In this document: piece after piece, positions 41,980 to 42,018 of the stretch
How the letters are laid out: every line of letters starts with the position of its first letter
Position numbering within the stretch: position 1 is the first letter of the stretch
Origin: Prevotella sp. P5-108
Lineage (GTDB): Bacteria; Bacteroidota; Bacteroidia; Bacteroidales; Paludibacteraceae
Direction of reading: 5' to 3'
Assembly: GCA_963636305.1 (NCBI GenBank)
Contig: CAVHKB010000001.1
Span: forward strand, 1 to 42,018
Length of the DNA: 42,018 nucleotides
Notes under the pieces: model-generated
The model's database searches: none
What the model was told of the DNA's origin: nothing
The model's input: only the letters and a program-made list of their open reading frames with translations
Position numbers and translations under genes: made by a program

Positions 41980-42018
41980 ATATAGGTTTTATATACGATC
42001 TATATAGGACGCATATAG
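41980..42018 (+). repeat. Copy C of the ATATAGGACGA-type 11-bp phased array, truncated by the window end
   Basis: Units: ATATAGGTTTT ATATACGATCT ATATAGGACGC ATATAG... AATTGTTAC (41911-41919) and TGTTAATTG (41921-41929) lie upstream. Confidence 0.85.

Noticed and set aside
1-42018. Mobile genetic element, prophage, defence island or toxin-antitoxin content
   Set aside because: I found no integrase, transposase, recombinase, phage structural, restriction-modification, Cas, or small paired toxin-antitoxin ORFs, and no tRNA attachment site. Gene content is metabolic and housekeeping plus a PUL. The only repeats are the short intergenic arrays described above.

Overview
This 42-kb chromosomal segment reads as Bacteroidota, probably a Prevotella-like genome. 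The evidence is a SusC/SusD pair, a T9SS C-terminal sorting tail, and recurrent TAnnTTTG -7 promoter boxes. I support 27 protein-coding genes. I see no rRNA, tRNA, CRISPR, integrase, transposase or recognisable defence genes. Gene layout: (i) a + strand, translationally coupled five-gene operon of a secreted DUF1343/NamZ-like protein, a YdiJ/D-lactate-dehydrogenase-like flavo-FeS enzyme, CYTH, DUF4301 and HAD; (ii) nadE, a DsbD-family reductase, rlmB, an RluA-family synthase and pnuC; (iii) a - strand run of steroid-5-alpha-reductase-like, OYE-like flavoreductase, SDR and ABC-F genes, where the first three resemble the 5AR/5BR/3-beta-HSDH bile-acid cluster of gut Bacteroidota; (iv) an FAD oxidoreductase plus panB; (v) a - strand operon of three two-domain fusion proteins (NagB-like+LmbE, tandem GT-A/GT2, HIT-like DUF4922+SpoIID-like), all apparently cytoplasmic; (vi) divergently, a MurK-like kinase and murQ, followed by a SusC/SusD locus with two unknown lipoproteins, a T9SS-tailed GHL10 protein and a large secreted protein. 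The main lead is that (i), (v) and (vi) share a peptidoglycan / MurNAc / amino-sugar theme. Within it sits an uncharacterised six-domain cytoplasmic operon and a regulator-less PUL with no classical glycoside hydrolase. A second lead is that the intergenic DNA is largely built from short, degenerate tandem arrays with an 11-bp period. These include a composite repeat family (AATTGTTAA ... ATATAGGACGA array) present at least three times in the window. All functional assignments come from motif reading by eye and need HMM, structure and experimental confirmation.
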